In this document: one piece after another, positions 11,264-26,229 of the stretch
How positions within the stretch are numbered: the stretch's first letter is position 1
Layout: each line of letters starts with the position of its first letter
Assembly (NCBI RefSeq): GCF_001194135.2
Contig: NC_068983.1
Location: 63,167,880 to 63,231,879 of the forward strand
Direction: 5' to 3'
Source: Octopus bimaculoides
Taxonomy: Eukaryota
Length of the DNA: 64,000 bases
Position numbers and translations under genes: made by a program
The notes under the pieces: model-generated
Database searches by the model: none
Seen by the model: only the letters and a program-made list of their open reading frames with translations
Told to the model about the DNA's origin: nothing

Positions 11264-11879
11264 AAATATATATAGTTTTAGGGAAAATAACCAATTTTCA
11301 AGAACTCATCGATGAAAATCCACTATCACATATAGAAAAATTAATAATTAAAAGCACAATAAATGAGTATAATATAAAGTAAAGTAAATATCATAAGATA
11401 AATATAATAAAAAGATTACACGTGTTTCATAACCAATTTTCAAATAGAAAAGAAATTTAAATCGATTAAAATCAATTGAAATTATCTNNNNNNNNNNNNN
11501 NNNNNNNNNNNNNNNNNNNNNNNNNNNNNNNNNNNNNNNNNNNNNNNNNNNNNNNNNNNNNNTAGCGGTCTCAAAATTAACAACATTGACACTAACTTAA
11601 CTATTACTTTTCATGCAAATTCCATCTCTGAGCTATTTAACAAGCATAATCTAATTATGTAGTAAGTTCAATAACGCATTTATCTTATAAGAGCTCAGTT
11701 GATGACTTCGTTCAATGTGCAGTATGTCTAGCACATATCTGACCGTCAATATTCGTAACTCTGTAAATTGTTTTCTACAGGTCCTTTGAAATTGTCACTG
11801 AAGGCAAACAGTTCACATGGTAAATGTTTATGATGTGTGTGTGTGTGTGTTTATCTATTTGTCTTTGTTTATGTATTTG

Positions 11880-12070
11880 TCTTGAAAGATTCCTGATAGG
11901 AAATCGTGTCTTGAAAAAGATATTGCTAAATTTGGGGATGGTCATTTTTGGAGGTCAATAAACACACGCACTATCTATTTGATCTTCACTTTAGTTTCAT
12001 TTATTATTATTAGTTTTTTTGTCAGTAATTTCGTCACAGACTTTGTGACCTCTTCAATGACTTTCTAATC
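11880..12070. mobile_element. Non-autonomous DNA element (MITE family shared with 45043 and 49930)
   Basis: gaaatcgtgtcttgaaaaagatattg..ggggatggtcattt..aataaacacacgcact..ttgtgacctcttca is homologous to 45043-45150 and 49930-50174. Confidence 0.65.
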
Positions 12071-12555
12071 TTCTTGTCCCCTTTTCTCCGCTCGTCATGT
12101 CTATCCCATTTTGTATCTCTGTTGTATGTATCCCTATCTGCGCATGCGTTTACGTCTGCATCTGCGTATATGTTTACATGTTGGGTATGTGTATACAGGT
12201 TAGGTTTTTATATTGCTCTCTTTGCATCCGTGTATAAGGCTATTTCTCAGCTGATACTGTTCCCGCTGTTGTTATTGTTGCTGTTGTTGTTGCTGCTGCT
12301 GCTACTTCTTGTTGTTTTTGATTATGTTGCCTTACGGATTCGGCAGAGAGTGGGGCACATGTCATTCTGCTTTTAGTTACATCTATTTATATTCCGAGTT
12401 TAAAGCCGCCGCACTGAAGAAACTAGAGTTGTTGAGGGACATCCTGCTCAGATGCATTAGATACATATCAACAAATGATTTTACAATTGGTGTTTCGCTA
12501 CCACGAAAATAAAGTATAACGGCACCAAACCGAAGGGACACGATATGGTAACGAG

Positions 12556-12614
<59 letters not shown>

Positions 12615-12779
12615 CAGATTAAAGCACCTTTTCTTTAAATTCTTATGGAAAGAACGCTTTCAACTGGTCAGTTTTCAACCTGCTGGTAACACCCCACCAC
12701 ACATACTCTCAGGGCTCTACACACCGTAGCTGAAAATGCGCAGACATATTCTGAGATATCGCTGCAGGATCGTGTCTGT

Positions 12780-13480
12780 GTATGGTTTTCATATCAAACA
12801 CCTTTCGCAGCTGGTTTCTTTGAAGGAGCTGTAATCTTAGGTGAAGCGAGAATCAAGATTTGTCGCCTAGCTTCTATAATCTTATCAAACACTCACAGTT
12901 CTCCATATGCCAAGCAATACCATCCCTGGTGCGTCAGTATCTGCATTCTGCAGATTAGGGGTAAGCAAGAACAGTGAAGTTCTCGAGGAGACTCTAGGCA
13001 TCAATGAAGTTGAAGCGAAATTCCAGAAACCACAAGCCGATTCGGGATAAACTTTAGAAGTATGTAAGCGCCATTCACTTGGGTTTTTCGATGCACATAT
13101 ATAGGAATGAAACGGCTCTATATACTTCCGGACAATGACCAAGAATTAACGACTGGTAGAACAATTTTGAACAGCTTTCGTTATATTATAGGAAAAATAC
13201 TGTTATTAGCCGAGTGTATTTCAAGGATCACTCTTTTCTTTCGGTCGTGAAGGGTGTGTAGTATTCCTTTTTCTGGTGACAGTTACCAAAGAGGTTGCAT
13301 GGGGAACAAGATGACTGCCGAAAAACAGGTTCCTCATTGATTAAGCCCACTTAGAGAGGAATATAAGTCTGGTACTGCCCTCTTGTATATCTACCTAAAG
13401 CACAGGAAGTCGGATGAAAATGGAAAGTTGTGGTCCACCTGAATGAGCATACTCGCAATATATGTCTGGGAAACTCAACT
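12780..13480 (+). mobile_element. Old L1/Tx1-clade LINE ORF2 3' region
   Basis: SQLVSLKEL*S*VKR..QTLTVL, EVLEETLGINEVE, IRDKL and VVFLFLVTVTKEVAWGTR align with the better-preserved copy at 34160-35285. Confidence 0.65.
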
Positions 13481-13829
13481 GTGTGAGGTCAGTTGGAATC
13501 TAAGGGGATCTCTGTTTTATACAAGTTATCAGCTTCCTAATCATAATGTCTTACGGTAAACAAGGCTTGTTTACCGTAAACAGGATTTGTTTACCATTCT
13601 GAGTTCAAATGATGCCGAGGTCAACTAAGCCTTTGATTCTTCTGGAATCGATAAAATAAAGTATCATTCAAGTACTGAAGTCGATGTGATGGATCATGCT
13701 CCCGACCTCCTCGCAAATTCAAACCTTATATCAAGTGTGGAAATAAACATTACCACCAAAGAATTAAAAAATTAAAAATACTCCTAAAATCATAATTATT
13801 CTCTTGCTCCCCCTGCATCTCCGCTCTTC

Positions 13830-13921
13830 CTCCTCCACCTCCTCCTTTTCCTCCTTCTTCTCCTTCTTCTCCTTCTCCTCCTCCTCCTCCTCCTCATCAT
13901 CATCATCATCATCATCATTAC

Positions 13922-13955
<34 letters not shown>

Positions 13956-14045
13956 GTCACTGTCACCGTAACCATGATCATCATTGCCACCATCATCATA
14001 AGTATCACCTCTATTCCCAACTTTACCCTCATCATCTGTATCATC
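13830..14045. repeat. Compound (CCT/CTT)n-(CAT)n trinucleotide repeat
   Basis: Direct reading; it explains the poly-D/E and poly-M ORFs. Confidence 0.95.
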
Positions 14046-14854
14046 GCCGAGGTAACCTGTGCTTGATCGCTTGATTTGCAAGAAATAACAACCGGATCTT
14101 CAAATCGCACTCAACAAATTTAAGAACATATTGAAGAATGCGATGACGGGATGATAATGACTAAAACACGTTTTGTCATAAATTTGCTTGATCAAGACTT
14201 ACCGGTGTTTAAATCAACCCCCATCATCATCATCATCATTAACATCATCATCATCATGAACACCACAACAACCACAATCATCACAGCTATATCATTTTCT
14301 AAATTAAACACAAAAGAGAGATCTGATAGAATCGGTAAGAACTGAACGCGCAAAACCTAAATAAGAAGAGAAGCAGTCAATACTAAAGGAAAGAACTGGT
14401 GAAATCGGAAGATATTAAGAAACAAAAAAATAACAAATATTCTTCAAAATCAAGAACGAAATGTCATTAATATTGGTCTATTTACTTTCTTGTGCCTTCG
14501 ATTCGTATAATCATTTAAAACTTTCTATAAGGAAACAGTTCACATTTTGAACGTGGTTTGTAAAAGCCTTGAAGTTAGGATTTGCGTGATGAATGGATCC
14601 ATAATGGTATCTTGCAAGTTCTTCTAATAAATAGAAAACTGAGAAATTTTGTAAATATAAAATGTGGCTAATGTACATTTATCTTATACACTGTTGCAAT
14701 AATAATATATTATCTGGTTACAGTTTGACAATAGTTTACACATAAAGCATTCATGAAAACTTGTCTCCACATACACGGATATAGATGACGTACACACACA
14801 ACCAGAATGAACTGAATGTGCACATGTGCATGGCTGTGTGTACTTATATATACT

Positions 14855-14906
<52 letters not shown>

Positions 14907-14913
14907 CGCGTGT

Positions 14914-14959
<46 letters not shown>

Positions 14960-15380
14960 GTGCGCGCGCACACATGGTGTGATGTGCACCAGCTCACATT
15001 CTCATGAAACATATAATGAAATATAATGATATCTGAAATGTTGGCACTTGATATATAATATTTTTGTATTGTATTGAACAACAGAACGTATGATTAAATT
15101 ATGTGCTGTAATTATATTAAAGATTAATAAAGTAATAATGCCACCCTGGGTCTTATTATTACAGGAAACGGAAGTAGATAAAAGCCTCGTTATATGATGT
15201 TGAAGATACACCGATAATATAATTTGTTCATATCAAAAAGATTTAAAGAACATTTTAACACTCTACAGTATATATCAGCGCGCACACATACACACATACA
15301 CACATACATGTACACGCAGACGTACCAACTGACACACACGTACATGTATGTATTCATTTATAGATTATAATATGTGTGTA

Positions 15381-15426
<46 letters not shown>

Positions 15427-16166
15427 TGTGAACATGTGTATTGTATCGTATAAAAATTTTCTTTTCATCTGCTTCAGTAAAAAGGAACAGACAAATGATT
15501 TGTTTTCCACTTGCCCACAGCTGAAATCACATCAAATAAAATCTACAATCGACGAACAGTTTTTAGAAAAATTGATTTCTGTTAAGGAAGCATATCTATC
15601 GCAAACTTCAGTCACCATCTACTTTTAAACGCGGCATCACCATAGAATTCAAATCTCAGACGATAAAATACATTTTGTATAAGTCTTATTTGTTATTTTT
15701 ACCCTCAATGTTCATCCGGTGACAGTTTTCGTCCGTTAGAATCTATTTTTCCGTATTTTCATTGGTAAATTTCCTTTCGTCTCTGGATCATATTTCCTCT
15801 TGATCTAATGAAATAATTTCATTGTTCGCTAAGATGCGTTAAGAAGGAATTAGTTGGCAATCCGATACCGACGTTATTTTTCAATAAGCTATATCTCACA
15901 AACGTGAGATATCTCCCTCTTTTTACTTGGTTGTAGTTTGCAGTTATCGATGTTTTTTATTGATCAATATCCCTAAGAATGCCTTTTGTCGTTTAATGCA
16001 ACATGTAGATCAAGATATTGTCCAGAATAAGTGTGAGAGTTGTAAAATATTGATTCCTTAAGACCTGACAAAATGAGAATTGCGTGTATCTTTGTGTAAA
16101 AGTACATATACATTAGACAGACAGACAGACAGACAGACAGAAAGACAGACAGACAGACAGACAGAA

Positions 16167-16229
<63 letters not shown>

Positions 16230-16238
16230 TAGATATAT

Positions 16239-16290
<52 letters not shown>

Positions 16291-17639
16291 GTTTAAATGC
16301 ATAACAAAATATCATTATGAAATTGTTTATTAGGAAAAACTTTCAAAAGTTATGTAGTATGAGTGCCTATAACATAAGTCCATTCAGTTCCCGAGAGCTA
16401 ATATAGTAATATAAATTCAATTTATGGTTTGGAAATAACATAAGATACTAATATATTTCTTTTTAAATATTTCTAACAGAAATATCCTTAAAATATCCTT
16501 ACTGCCTGTAACATTCTGCTTCTCATTGATACTAGAATGTCTGATTTATATAAAAACCGAAAGATTTAGTTTGAACCTCTGTGCGGAATAAAAATTAAAT
16601 TTTTAACTCTGGTAACTCTTAATTTTTCACTCGAAATTATTTACAACTTTTATGGCTTTCTCGTGGATAACTATTTCTCGATACATCTTAAATTTTACGG
16701 GAACTATATGGTCCTGAGCCTAGTTCCAGATCAAGAACATGTACATAAAATTGGGACAATGTGGTACCGGGTAAAGGAGATTATGTTAATAGCTCGAAAA
16801 GTTATTTTATTTAGTTCTAGACTGATAAAATAACTTAGTTCTAGACTGATAAAATAACTGGAGAAGAGGTATTTCCTCTAGCAAAAAGACTGGCAAAATC
16901 AATGAGAATCAGTACCACAACACTGGTAGAATCAATGAGCATCAGTACCACTCAGTTATACAGTAGCTTTGGGTAGAAGAAGATCGAGATTGGTGAAGGA
17001 TGGAGACACTTTTAGGAATGGTGAAAAAAGAAAATGAAGGGAAAATAGGGAACCCAGACAAAAGGCGAGCAAGCGGCTGATAGTCCCTCACGTTGAGATA
17101 CACTATCTAATAGAATTTCTGAAAACTATGGTAATCCGAAAGAAGAGCCTTGCCTACACGGTCTAATTCTGATGCTAAAATAATATGAATCAAATACTAC
17201 ACAGATTTAAGAGATGGCGTACTATGTATTCCTTAATCATATATAGATAAAAGCTATTCTATCTGTTTATCATAACATGGTGCGAAGTTACTTTCTAGAA
17301 GATGTGGAACCCTTCGAGACTGAAGTGAAGCTGAAACTGACCGAAGTCAATTTTGAAACTCTCATTTCGTAGAAAGTGATCTGAGCAGGAGGTCAAAGGC
17401 GAAAGATGCTCTGAATTTACTGGCGGCGGTTTCTCATTTATGAATGGAAGATGCCTTGATTTGTACGTTTTGTGGAATATTTACTTTATCAATTTATTGC
17501 ATAACATTTTCACTCCATCCCCATTCAGTATTTATAAATATATCACACAACTCTTGTACTCATTTTCTTTGAGACGCTTCGTATTTCATGAATACTTTCA
17601 GGTCTGAGCACTATTGATTTGTGTTTTTCTTTCTTTTTT

Positions 17640-17930
17640 GACGAGCACCTCATGTTACATGTAGGACAGATCGCGTTATCAGCCATGTTCATCATGACGA
17701 TCACCCCACAGTCCCCTTTTAATAGGGTAGGAGAGAATATTTTCCTGTCTGGTGACTACGGTGAAATAGGATGTGAGATGGACGAGGTTAAATCCACAAG
17801 GAACAGACATTTTTCTCTTCGGTCAAGCTTTCAAAAACTTTTTCTTTTTATTTTGGTTACTTCAGAAGGAAAGTGAGTTTGAAGTGAGAAATACTCAGCT
17901 CTAGTGAATTTGTTAAAGTATGTGGTGGAT
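17640..17930 (+). mobile_element. L1/Tx1-clade ORF2 C-terminal fragment
   Basis: EHLMLHVGQIALSAMFIMTITPQSPFNRVGENIFL aligns with EQLLSRVGRIRLSSESIVKIVPTPSFGREDRVSFL at about 34950-35060. Confidence 0.6.
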
Positions 17931-20083
17931 ATATATATAGAGAGAGTGAATGGAGCTTATCTAAGTATAGATATATTTAAGACTATTATGTGGTCTCTTT
18001 TTCCTTAATTCCATCTCTCCGTTTCCCTCCCATTCCAAGTCTTATTTTTACTATTTCTCGCTCTTCTCCCCGAAAACTAAAATGCACCAGCTGTCGACCA
18101 ACACAGTAACCCAAATAATACGACACAATTCATTCTGTTATAATTATATTTTTGACATCGTTCTATAAACCATATATGCAGCTCACAAAAGAACTCTGCT
18201 TATAAATAAGGACTGGTTCGCTTCCACGTGCACGAAACACCTCGACCGCTTCCAAAAGGACAGCCTCGTACCGAAATTCTACCTCAACTGGTTCACAGAT
18301 AGTTTCCACTCTTTGTGGGGTTTTTTTTTTACAGTAACTATCACAGCTCCTTTGCTATCAAACTATGTGCCTTCACTTCCAAAATCACCAACAAAACTAT
18401 AGCAAAATATATGATAACCTCGTTTCTTCTTTTCACTTACTACCCACATTGTATTTTTTCGCTTAACTGGAACTCAACATTTTTGCAGTAGTCTTCTTAT
18501 GCCAGAACTACAACAGTTTCTATATAATATTTTCCCGTATCCCCTTGACAGTGAACTATCTGTGACACCTGCTTTCCCAAGATAACTCTTTACTCTATTG
18601 CATATAACTCTTTACGCTCTTGTATATAACCTATTTCACATGACAGTATATGTTTTTAATGAATCTCAGACATGAAAGATTCAGTAATCTCAAGCTTTGA
18701 AGTACAAGCCACTTACACTTGAACTATGTATTTCAAACGTTCTCACTAATGCAGAAAGTTCCGTATGTTTTAAGAAAGAGAGACGGGCGAGAGAAGGGGT
18801 AAAGTTATGTCGCTTGTGATGTTATTTAGTCTCACGTCAGCCCAGACGAAATATACTAATAATCTAAAAGTAGAATGCTCTACATCATGCAACATGTTTT
18901 TCTTTTTAAAGACAGCAGGACGACATTTAATGGAATTATTCCCAATAAGTTTTATAGCCACATATAGGCTATCTCTGATATTAGAGATGTTAGTGAAATG
19001 AACTAGTTTTAAAAAGAACCTGGAAATTGTGTAGTAGACCCAATACGTGGAAATCTTATTTCTTTCTCTAGGAGAATAATCGAACTAAGAAGGCTACTCT
19101 GTTAGCTGTTTTCATAAAAACTACAGCGTGTTATTGTTTGGCCTCAAAGAACCCAAATCATGAAGACTTTTGATCAAAGATCGTCTTTTAAGGGTTTATA
19201 TAGTTTTACTGGACTGTATTAAGTATCCGTTCTTTTCATTTAGAAAGAAATGACTACTACTTTTAGTAGATCAAGCGTCTAAAAGCTCCCTTGTCGGTTC
19301 GTAATATTTCATGTATCAGAACGTCTCACTTTAGCTTCTAAAAACTTTGCTATTCATGGTTCGGAGGTCGACAAAAGCTGCACCACTCACATACTGGGGT
19401 AGATCAAATAGAAATATACTGCTTGTTAATAATTGTTTTTTAGTCCTACAGGTACGGAACCGATTAATTCGTATACTATTTACCGGTCTTATTGAAAAGA
19501 ATAATAATCACCCAATATTATATCTAAAACGAAGTGGAAACATAAAAAATGAGAATGAGAAAAAGTGTTTAAAGCGGAATTGAAAACTACCGATAAAATC
19601 CACGGTTTCATTGCTAAGAATATAGATGGGTATTTAATTGCGTAATAACTGTGGATTTCATTTAAATAATACCGACATCTAGAGAAAATACATATTTTAA
19701 ATTAAATAGTAATATATTTGCCGTTGGGCCTAGCAGAAATTTTGCGTTGAGAGAATTGCTTTTGATAGTTTTGTAAACTTATTTTACTTTCAATATTCAG
19801 TGCAATTTCTTCGAAAAATAATTAATTCACGCACTAAAACACAAACATTGTTTTTTCACATTTTATCCTAAAGACAGATTCTTGACAATCAAACAACCTG
19901 TGTATCTATCCAGTTATGTATGCTGTTGGATACACACATACATACCTATATATTCATGAAATACCAGCCTATCTGCCTAGCGAGCACAGAATACACACTT
20001 AAATCTCTCTCTCTCTTTACATAATTTGTATATACACATACGTACATAGACACACATACATACACTCTCACACACACATATAC

Positions 20084-20142
<59 letters not shown>

Positions 20143-20980
20143 CATACATGTACATAGATATTTATATATACAAATATATTTGCATAAATGCATATATTTA
20201 TATATGTGCAGACACACATGCATATATATATATATAATTCAATTGCACTGTAGTTTACAGTTTATAAATAAGTTACCATAACTTTGATATCTTTTTATCT
20301 GCGTGTGTGTGTGTGTGTGTGTCCGTGCGTGAGTGTGCATACGTGTGTGCGCGCGCGCATATGTGTGAATACGTATGTACGCGCATTTTCGCAGTGTATG
20401 TGGGTAGAGGGCGCTCGTAAGAAAATCTCACGAAATATACAGATGTGTATTTGTTTATATATCATAATGAAAAAAAAAAATCAATGTACGACATATCTGG
20501 TAATTATATATCATTTCTACAAACAAATAAATATATTTCTCCATGGAAAGCATACCAATCCAATTCACATCCAATCTCCATTCAATTAAACTTATTCAAA
20601 TATCTATAAAGGTATCCTGTGAAATATACTGTGGTGTATTTATGTGAAATCATTTGTAAAAGTCATATTTGAGCGTATCAATAATAAAATATATATCTAT
20701 AAAAGTTTTCAAGTCATTTCTAAAAGTTGTTCAAATATACAATTATGTTCTTCTTTAAATTCAGGTTCGTTGTTAATCATAGTATATTTCTGTGAGCAGC
20801 ATCCTTCTTTCTAATTTCAGTTTCTCTTCTTTTATTCTCTCTTCCTTCCTTAGCCTTAGTCTCTCTGATGAGTGTGTCTATCTACCAGCATATCACTCTC
20901 GCCCCATGTCTCTCCACATTCGTACACATAAATAAACATGTATTTCTATGCCTATATTCATTCATCTATCAATCTATTTT

Positions 20981-21087
<107 letters not shown>

Positions 21088-21751
21088 ATATATATATATA
21101 TATATATGATATGCTAGGCCACTGGTTTTAAGTTGATGTTAATTAAATTAATATTCAATTTATCACCCTCAGTATATAAATATTAATTTAAATAATTATG
21201 CTCTCTAGCCGGCAACATATACTGCAGTGAATTATCCTCTGCAGAACTGTTCCCGGAATTTAGCTCGGCAGAGCTGAGACATTTGAAAATAACCCCAATG
21301 TAATCGGTAGAACTGTACGCACGTCAAATTTTATGAAGACAATTCGTGTATAGTTCTNNNNNNNNNNTATGAAGACAATTCGTGTATAGTTCTGCAAATT
21401 ATATTGAATTTAGAACGATTGTACTGATGAACCACGGACGTTTTTACGTAAGTAACAAGTTGATGGGGAAACCGGTATACGATTAATTCTTTATTGTGTA
21501 TATTTTTCATTTGTCTTGCCCGCTTATGTTATAGTATTTGCTGAATTTTTTCTGGAGAACATTATTTTTCTTTGTGGTTGGGTCGTTGATGACCTCTTTC
21601 TAGCATATCAGATGTCCACTTAGTGTTCATCCCTTCTTATACGCATGCAATACAATTTTTCTGAATTTTTAGATTTTTTATATGCTAGGCGACTGGTTTT
21701 AAATTGATGTTAATTAAATTAATATTCAATTTCTCACCCTCAGTATATATA

Positions 21752-21935
21752 TAGGCGAAGGTGTGGCTGTATACCGCATTCGTGACTAAGTGGAAGAGGT
21801 TTGCTTACCAACCACATGATTCAGGGTTCAGTCCCTCTGTGTGGCACCTTGAGCAAGTGTCTTCTACTATAGCCTCAGTCTGACCAGAGCTCTGTGAGTG
21901 GATTTGGCAGACGCAAACTGGAAGAAACTCGTCAT
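21752..21935 (+). mobile_element. SINE family B 5' half
   Basis: ggcgaaggtgtggctgt..ccaaccacatgattcagggttcagtccc..ccttgagcaagtgtcttctactatagcc, ending at (TA)n. Confidence 0.85.
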
Positions 21936-22686
21936 ATATATATATATATATATATAGGAGAGTATTGTAGTTCGCTTGAAGCCTTGTGTATTGTTTGTAA
22001 AGAATAAAAGTTTAGAATGGTACAACAATGCACTATAAAACAAAAAATGGACTATATACCTGTTGTAATTTGGTTATCTATAGTCCGATGATATTTCGGA
22101 ATTACAACATATATAATGTCCATTTTTTGTTTTATAGTGCATTGTTGTACCATTCAAGACTTTTATTCTTTTTATATATATATANNNNNNNNNNNNNNNN
22201 NNNNNNNNNNNNNNNNNNNNNNNNNNNNNNNNNNNNNNNNNNNNNNNNNNNNNNNNNNNNNNNNNNNNNNNNNNNNNNNNNNNNNNNNNNNNNNNNNNNN
22301 NNNNNNNNNNNNNNNNNNNNNNNNNNNNNNNNNNNNNNNNNNNNNNNNNNNNNNNNNNNNNNNNNNNNNNNNNNNNNNNNNNNNNNNNNNNNNNNNNNNN
22401 NNNNNNNNNNNNNNNNNNNNNNNNNNNNNNNNNNNNNNNNNNNNNNNNNNNNNNNNNNNNNNNNNNNNNNNNNNNNNNNNNNNNNNNNNNNNNNNNNNNN
22501 NATATATTTACCTATGTATATATGTATCCGTATGACTACGTGTGTGTATATGGGTGTATGTGTGTGTACGCGTGTATTTGTGTGCGTGTAGGTGTACGCA
22601 TGTGACATACAGGTAACTCAACAGATAATGACAACGGGATAGAAAGAAACGAACAACTAAATTTAGCTAAACTTATGCATACAGAA

Positions 22687-22734
<48 letters not shown>

Positions 22735-23489
22735 ACGCGTGCGTTTGTATAAAATTTATAATCAATGACACACAATTTTGGTTCATTCATCGCCGTTAGA
22801 TCTTTGGTATTGATTAGTCAATCATCAAAGTATACCACGCCCTTTATAAGTGGACGAATAAAATATCAAAACAACAAATCTGAGAACTATCTAATCATAT
22901 TCCTGGAAATCAATATTTTGTGCAAAAAAAAAAGAAAACTCCGAAATGGCATCAAAGGGACGCTACGAGACCAAATTTCACCTAGTGACTCCTACAATGA
23001 TGCAGTAAAACCCGTTTAATCACGTGGTGTTTGTAAACAGGAGCTCCTCTAAATATCTTCTGGAAGTTTACTCTACATTGTTTGCACTGTTTAACATAGA
23101 CAATTTTCTCAAAATTTTCTTCGTTTAAGATGAACAATTAGACACAAAACTTTAATAAGAATACAAAAGAACAGAGCTCTAGCACTAACGCTTTCCTCTT
23201 GGTTTCACTTACCAGAGTGCGACCATAAGAAGCTGGTCTACCTAAAGACCATATATATGGTACATATTTTATTAATATATATATATTTTCCATTGACTAA
23301 GTTACCTACATTAATCAACTCGGTATATTGTGTTTTTTTTTTTGTACATGCTTGTGTTGTTCCACACACCTGAACTAGGAGGCATATACAGACGGACACA
23401 CACAGATGCACACGCACATATACATACAAACACACAGGTAGATAGACAGAGAGATAGATATTGATTGTAACATTGACAAAGAGTCTAAA

Positions 23490-24330
23490 TATTCTTTTCT
23501 ACTGTAGACACAAAAAGATGAAAGGCAAAGTCGACATCGGTGGAATTTGAACTCAGACGAAATGCCGCTAAGCATTTCGCCCGGCGTGCTANNNNNNNNN
23601 NNNNNNNNNNNNNNNNNNNNNNNNNNNNNNNNNNNNNNNNNNNNNNNNNNNNNNNNNNNNNNNNNNNNNNNNNNNNNNNNNNNNNNNNNNNNNNNNNNNN
23701 NNNNNNNNNNNNNNNNNNNNNNNNNNNNNNNNNNNNNNNNNNNNNNNNNNNNNNNNNNNNNNNNNNNNNNNNNNNNNNNNNNNNNNNNNNNNNNNNNNNN
23801 NNNNNNNNNNNNNNNNNNNNNNNNNNNNNNNNNNNNNNNNNNNNNNNNNNNNNNNNNNNNNNNNNNNNNNNNNNNNNNNNNNNNNNNNNNNNNNNNNNNN
23901 NNNNNNNNNNNNNNNNNNNNNNNNNNNNNNNNNNNNNNNNNNNNNNNNNNNNNNNNNNNNNNNNNNNNNNNNNNNNNNNNNNNNNNNNNNNNNNNNNNNN
24001 NNNNNNNNNNNNNNNNNNNNNNNNNNNNNNNNNNNNNNNNNNNNNNNNNNNNNNNNNNNNNNNAGACGGACGAAATGCCGCTAAGCATTTTTCCCGGCGT
24101 GCTAACGATTCTGAAAGGTCGCCGTCAAAATGATAATTACTATTCTAGGAAGTATTTAATATCTTTATAGATATTAAATACCTCCAAGTATATTCTTTTC
24201 TACTCCAGGCACAAGGCTCGAAATTTTTAGGGAGGGGGCCAGTCGACTAGATCGACCCCAGTACGCAACTGGTGCTTAATCTATCGACCACGAAAGGATA
24301 AAAGGCAAAGTTGACCTCGGCGCAATTTGG
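23490..24330 (-). mobile_element. Cluster of SINE family A pieces around an N-gap
   Basis: Family A reverse complement at 23490-23591, 24064-24110 and 24190-24330. Confidence 0.8.
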
Positions 24331-25888
24331 CTTCGTAGAATATAAAAGGGAATTGCATGTATATAAGTATGGAAAGACAATAAGTATATCTAAATTTATA
24401 TAAGTTTATATAATATATAAGTTAGCTAAATGGAATCTTTATGGTTTTATTAAATTGGTGTGGTCAACGACTTTGCATGTTTGTAACTTTGTCGATACGT
24501 ACAATTACCATTTCAAGTGCTTTTATGCAACACAAATTAAAACTATTCTCACCCACATTATACGGAAGTAATGTTAGTATACATAGAGATGCAGCACAGA
24601 ATTTTGTCAGTGAACAGGTCGCGGTCGCAAAACGACGAAAATATTTTGACAAATTAAACTTAAATGTTGAAGTGAATCTAACGATTTTTGTATGTTATTT
24701 TAAATGGCTTATAAACACCTTCCATGCTGCAATTGTTTTTGTTCCAGCACACGATCTCAGATCAAGGTCACTTGCTATGCAAGTACATCTCTGCAAAAAT
24801 GTTAGTATAATTGACCAGGAAAAAAATAATCACTATTTCTGTCTTACTCTCACCCTGAAAGCCTGAATTTCGCAGGAGTGCTGATAAAATCAAGCATCTG
24901 GATTTCACGAATGTTGTTTTACTCAGTATATAAACTGTCGAAAATTATTCAGTGAATATTTGATACTATAATGTGTATTATGCAAACAGATATATATTAG
25001 GTGTTAATATTACTAAAAAGCACATAAACAGCACGCATGAATTTGTATTCGTGATTACTTTTCTGTGACAAACACAGAATATTCTCTTCAGGAGAATGAC
25101 TGGCAACTGCGATGGGAGGAATAATATTCACAGTAAATACTGACATCAAGAAATTAAATGAAGAGTTACTAGATGAATAATATGCTTATTGTAGGAGATA
25201 CAAAAGAAAAGTTTGCGAAGAGAGAAACGCGAAGCCAAGAGAAATAAGTATATTAGCTGGTAAAGAGAAATAAATCATGCGTGGAGATGGGGGAATTGGG
25301 AAGAGGAAGTTAGGAAGGAAGGAAAAGAAGTAACAGAAAACGGTATATATAAAGATAGTGTTAAGAAAGAGAAGATGAAAAGAAAAGAAGGATAGAACAG
25401 ATGAGAGGGCCACTCAGTTAGTGCAAGATGTGTAACTTTCAGTTGGGAGGGTTACAAAGCTAAGAAATGACAAATTTTGTGTTGAGTGAACAAATGAAAG
25501 AAATTCATAATACAGAAGAAAGGAATGGTCCACAAAAGAAACACCCTGCCATTCATCCTTCTCAAGAACATAATCTCTGATTGTCACATAAAAATTCATG
25601 TGTGTTGCTAATACATTGCTTATACGCTTTTGAGAAATATTGCCTCATAATGTACACCTGATTTGTAATACGCATTATAAGATCAAACATTCATTGAATA
25701 TTTGAAACAGCTGTAAAGATATATTTACATAATTTACACATCGTCGATACATGTAGCACTTAAAAATGTATTCCTTTCACCTATTGATGTTTGTCTATCT
25801 TTGGACTCTATATGCGTGAGTGTGAAGATAGACAGATAGAGAAACAAACAAACCAGTAGACATATAGAAAGATAGCTAGCTAGCTAGC

Positions 25889-25951
<63 letters not shown>

Positions 25952-26229
25952 TGTTTTGCAAGGATTTTGTGTTGAAAAGGATTGTAATATTTTGGAGGAG
26001 CCACATATTCTGAAATCATTAACACACTAATACCGGTTGTTATTTTTAGATCTTTGCTTTATTTTGTCCCCAGAATATTTTCGCCACATTATTTCTGTAG
26101 CCTTCTCAATGTGTTTAAATTTTCAAATGATTTGAATTTTTATTCTGTGTTATGCTATTAAATTACATCTCTATGCCAAGCATGTGAGCTGACTGAGAGG
26201 TAACGATTGGTCTTATTTATTTTGTTTAT

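Noticed and set aside
12897-12947. 51-nt minus-strand exon candidate with a good acceptor and GTGAGT donor
   Set aside because: It lies antisense within the L1/Tx1 remnant at 12780-13480, so the signals are probably incidental.
13764-14110. Acidic poly-D/E ORF and poly-M/R ORF
   Set aside because: Both are products of CAT/CCT/CTT triplet repeats.
21332-21393. Exact ~26 bp duplication on both sides of a 10-N gap (a similar case flanks 50316-50325)
   Set aside because: This is the typical unmerged contig-overlap artefact.
23560-24110. SINE head repeated on either side of a 472-N gap
   Set aside because: It cannot be distinguished from haplotype or scaffolding redundancy without reads.
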